A DNA stretch of 64,000 nucleotides from the human T2T-CHM13v2.0 reference genome, Homo sapiens: the NCBI RefSeq assembly GCF_009914755.1, contig NC_060925.1, one strand, 5' to 3'. The notes beneath the pieces are model-generated. The model ran no database searches and had not been told where the DNA came from. It saw nothing but the letters and a program-made list of their open reading frames with translations. The position numbers and the translations under genes were made by a program. Position 1 is the first letter of the stretch. Each line of letters starts with the position of its first letter. Positions 57,101 through 64,000 of the stretch are shown here, one piece after another.

Positions 57101-58310
57101 TTCTGCCCAAGGCCACCAGCTCACACAGGACAAGAGACTAGGACCCCCTCATTTAGCTTTCAAATGCAAAATAAATTAATTTTTTTGTTCTCAGAGGGAA
57201 ACCCCCAACTCCTCACCTCATTTTTCTCTCCTGGGCACCTCAGCAAGGTGACACCCAAGTTCTTTTGGAATCGGACAAATCATTGCAGGGTCTTTCAAGC
57301 TCAAGGGACCCTGTTGATGGGTGGGCTGAGGCCTGGACCTGGCCAAGAACAGGAGGTCAGGAGAGTTACTGAGCAGGAAGGAGCCGGGTACCCTCAGCTG
57401 TTGCTTTCTGCCACTGCCTCAAGACAGACAGCTTCGAAGGGAATGGGGGCCAGTAGGTTTGTGTTTCAAAGAGCAAAGGATGTGGCTGGAGGCTTTTCTC
57501 CAGTTGCTCTCCCCTCCTTGAAGGAAAGCAGTAAGGATTTGTTACAGTTGATTTTAAAGTGAGCTGTAAATGCGTAAACTTAGGTTAAGGCAGAATTGGA
57601 AAAGGACTAGATTGGGCATTTTTCACTGGAGTACAGCCTGGACCTGGGAAATAGAGACAGAATGGGGAAGAAAGAACCAAAGACGTGGGCATGAGCCCCC
57701 AAAAACTGGTGGACATGGGGCCCAGGGCCTGCGGCAGAGCTGCCCCCTGAGCTGCTGGGTGAGGGTCCCACCCCTCACCGTCACCTGGCTCGAGCCTCTG
57801 AATGGCCAGGGCCCCTCCCGCGTGTCGTCAGGAGCCCACGTGGGTGCAGAGTGACACGTGGAGCCCATCTGATGGCTTTTGCGTTTGAACAGGCCAGACC
57901 ACAATTCCTGATTCAGCAACATCTTCAAAGATTTGATAACCATAGAAACAATAACTCTTTGCAAAAAAGGAAAAAGAGACACCATCACCCAAAGAGGGAG
58001 AGGAGGCCCTGGTGAATATTTATGACCAGAGGCTACAGAATTCAGAATGTACTTATCTCAGCTCAGGTTGAAGAACTCGTGACCTGAGAGTCCTTGAGTG
58101 TGGACCACTTGATGACGTCCCCACAGCCCATGTGGCGGGGCTGGAAATACGGAGCCCTGAAGCTTGCAGGCGCTTTAATGCCTTCAAAATGCAGATGCTG
58201 TGGAAAAGCAGGGCGTTCTGGGCCCACACGGGGCGCTCTGCTGGGAGATACTTGCTAGTTGTGTCACTAAAGGGGTTGTGGGTTCCTAACGTGCATGGAG
58301 GGTGGGCGTC

Positions 58311-58430
58311 TGTGTGTGTGTGTGTGTGTGTGTATGTCTGTGTGTATGTGTGTATATGTGTGTATGTCTGTGTGTGTATGTGTGTGTATATGTGTTTGTG
58401 TATGTGTGTGTATGTCTGTGTGTGTGTGTG
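58311..58430. repeat. Imperfect (TG)n/(TATG)n tract
   Basis: Direct inspection. Confidence 0.9.
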
Positions 58431-58744
58431 CACCCACATCCATGCACGTTTTAGTGTCTTTTTTGGAGAAGCAAATAGACTCCATAATATATTCGATTCT
58501 CACCACGGTCATCCTGGTTTTCTAAGCTATTATCTTGCTCTGTTCCTCTGGATAAGGAGCCAGCTGCTTCAGAACAGGTCCTCACACTCTTTCCATCACT
58601 GTGGTTTGGAGGGGCCGCGTCGGACCCTGGGATGGCAAGTTCAGTCATTTCGAAGCCTCCCTGGGGCATGAGCAGGGGTCCCCCTCTTTGGCGCAATGAC
58701 AGTTCTAGTCCCCGACTGACGCAGGATGTTTCAGCGTCCTATAA

Positions 58745-58994
<250 letters not shown>

Positions 58995-59378
58995 TTAAGC
59001 CATGATTCAGAAGACTGAGGACACCCTTGCTGGCAGCTGATCTTTGAAGAAGTACCAGCTCAGAGAGAGACTCTTGGCCCATGTCAGGACTCAACAAATG
59101 TGGCTGAATGAACGAATGAATGATTGTGATGGGATAAAGCCAGCTTTTCCTTTTTTTATTTTATTTTATTATTATTATACTTTAAGTTTTAGGGTACATG
59201 TGCACAATGTGCAGGTTTGTTACATATGTATACATGTGCCATGTTGGTGTACTGCAACCATTAACTCGTCATTTAGCATTAGGTATATCTCCTAATGCTA
59301 TCCCTCCCCCCTCCCCCAACCCCACAACAGTCCTCGGAGTGTGATGTTCCCCTTCCTGTGTCCATGTGTTCTCATTGT

Positions 59379-63218
<3,840 letters not shown>

Positions 63219-63266
63219 TTATTTTGCTCATTAGTTGATGCAGTTTCTTCCTAGCCTTGATGGTCT

Positions 63267-64000
63267 TTACAATTTGGCATATTTTTGCAGTGGCTGGTAC
63301 TGGTTGTTCCTTTCCATGTTTAGTGCTTCCTTCAGGAGCTCTTTTAGGGCAGGCCTGGCGGTGACAAAATCTCTCAGCGTTTGCTTGTCTGTAAAGTACT
63401 TTATTTCTCCTTCACTTATGAAGCTTAGTTTGGCTGGATATGAAATTCTGGGTTGAAAATTCTTTTTTTTAAGAATGTTGAATATTGGCCCCCACTCTCT
63501 TCTGGCTTGTAGAGTTTCTGCTGAGAGATCCGCTGTTAGTCTGATGGGCTTCCCTTTGTGGGTAACCCGACCTTTCTCTCTGGCTGCCCTTAATATTTTT
63601 TCCTTCATTTCAACTTTGGTGAATCTGACAATTATGTGTCTTGGAGTTGCTCTTCTCGAGGAGTATCTTTGTGGCATTCTCTGTATTTCCTGAATCTGAA
63701 TGTTGGCCTGCCTTGCTAGTTTGGGGAAGTTCTCCTGGATAATATCCTGCAGAGTGTTTTCCAACTTGGTTCCATTCTCCCCGTCACTTTCAGGCACACC
63801 AATCAGACGTAGATTTGGTCTTTTCACATAGTCTTATATTTCTTGGAGACTTTTTTCGTTTCTTTTTATTCTTTTTTCTCTAAACTTCCCTTCTCGCTTC
63901 ATTTCATTCATTTGATCTTCCATCACTGATACCCTTTCTTCCAGTTGATTGCATTGGCTCCTGAGGCTTTTGCATTCTTCACGTAGTTCTCGAGCCTTGG
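63267..64000 (-). pseudogene. Disrupted L1 ORF1p (RRM and C-terminal domain; 5' part outside the window)
   Basis: KRPNLRLIGVPE...REKG...ARREW...YPAKLS; in-frame TAA at 63834-63836 where the consensus reads EIWDYV. Confidence 0.93.

Overview
Primate genomic DNA, most likely human or another great ape (AluY and an L1PA2/3-type 3'UTR are present). The window is non-coding and looks intronic. I recognise no host protein-coding exon, rRNA, tRNA, CRISPR array or CpG island, and I cannot name the host gene. Explained content: about 18 Alus (many with visible target-site duplications, TSDs); a disabled L1PA4-like element running off the right edge (59151-64000); a 5'-truncated young L1PA inserted in an old MaLR LTR; a ~10 kb nested block of old L1M with Alus and MST LTRs; MLT1, MER21, MER20, MER58, L2 and MIR relics; several microsatellites; and two large minisatellites (19-bp x ~40 and 32-bp x 23). 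Nearly all L1 sequence is on the minus strand, which suggests an intron of a plus-strand transcript. The best leads are the 32-bp VNTR, which reads as the same 32-aa repeat in all three plus-strand frames; the UAG-dense 19-bp VNTR; three candidate plus-strand exon units (17474, 27283, 52097-52473); a 180-bp ~86%-identical local duplication that keeps an E-box; a head-to-head inverted Alu pair 39 bp apart; and an AP-1 site cluster. None of these is a demonstrated new biological system; all are leads to test. Repeat subfamily calls come from recalled consensus motifs and need RepeatMasker/Dfam confirmation.
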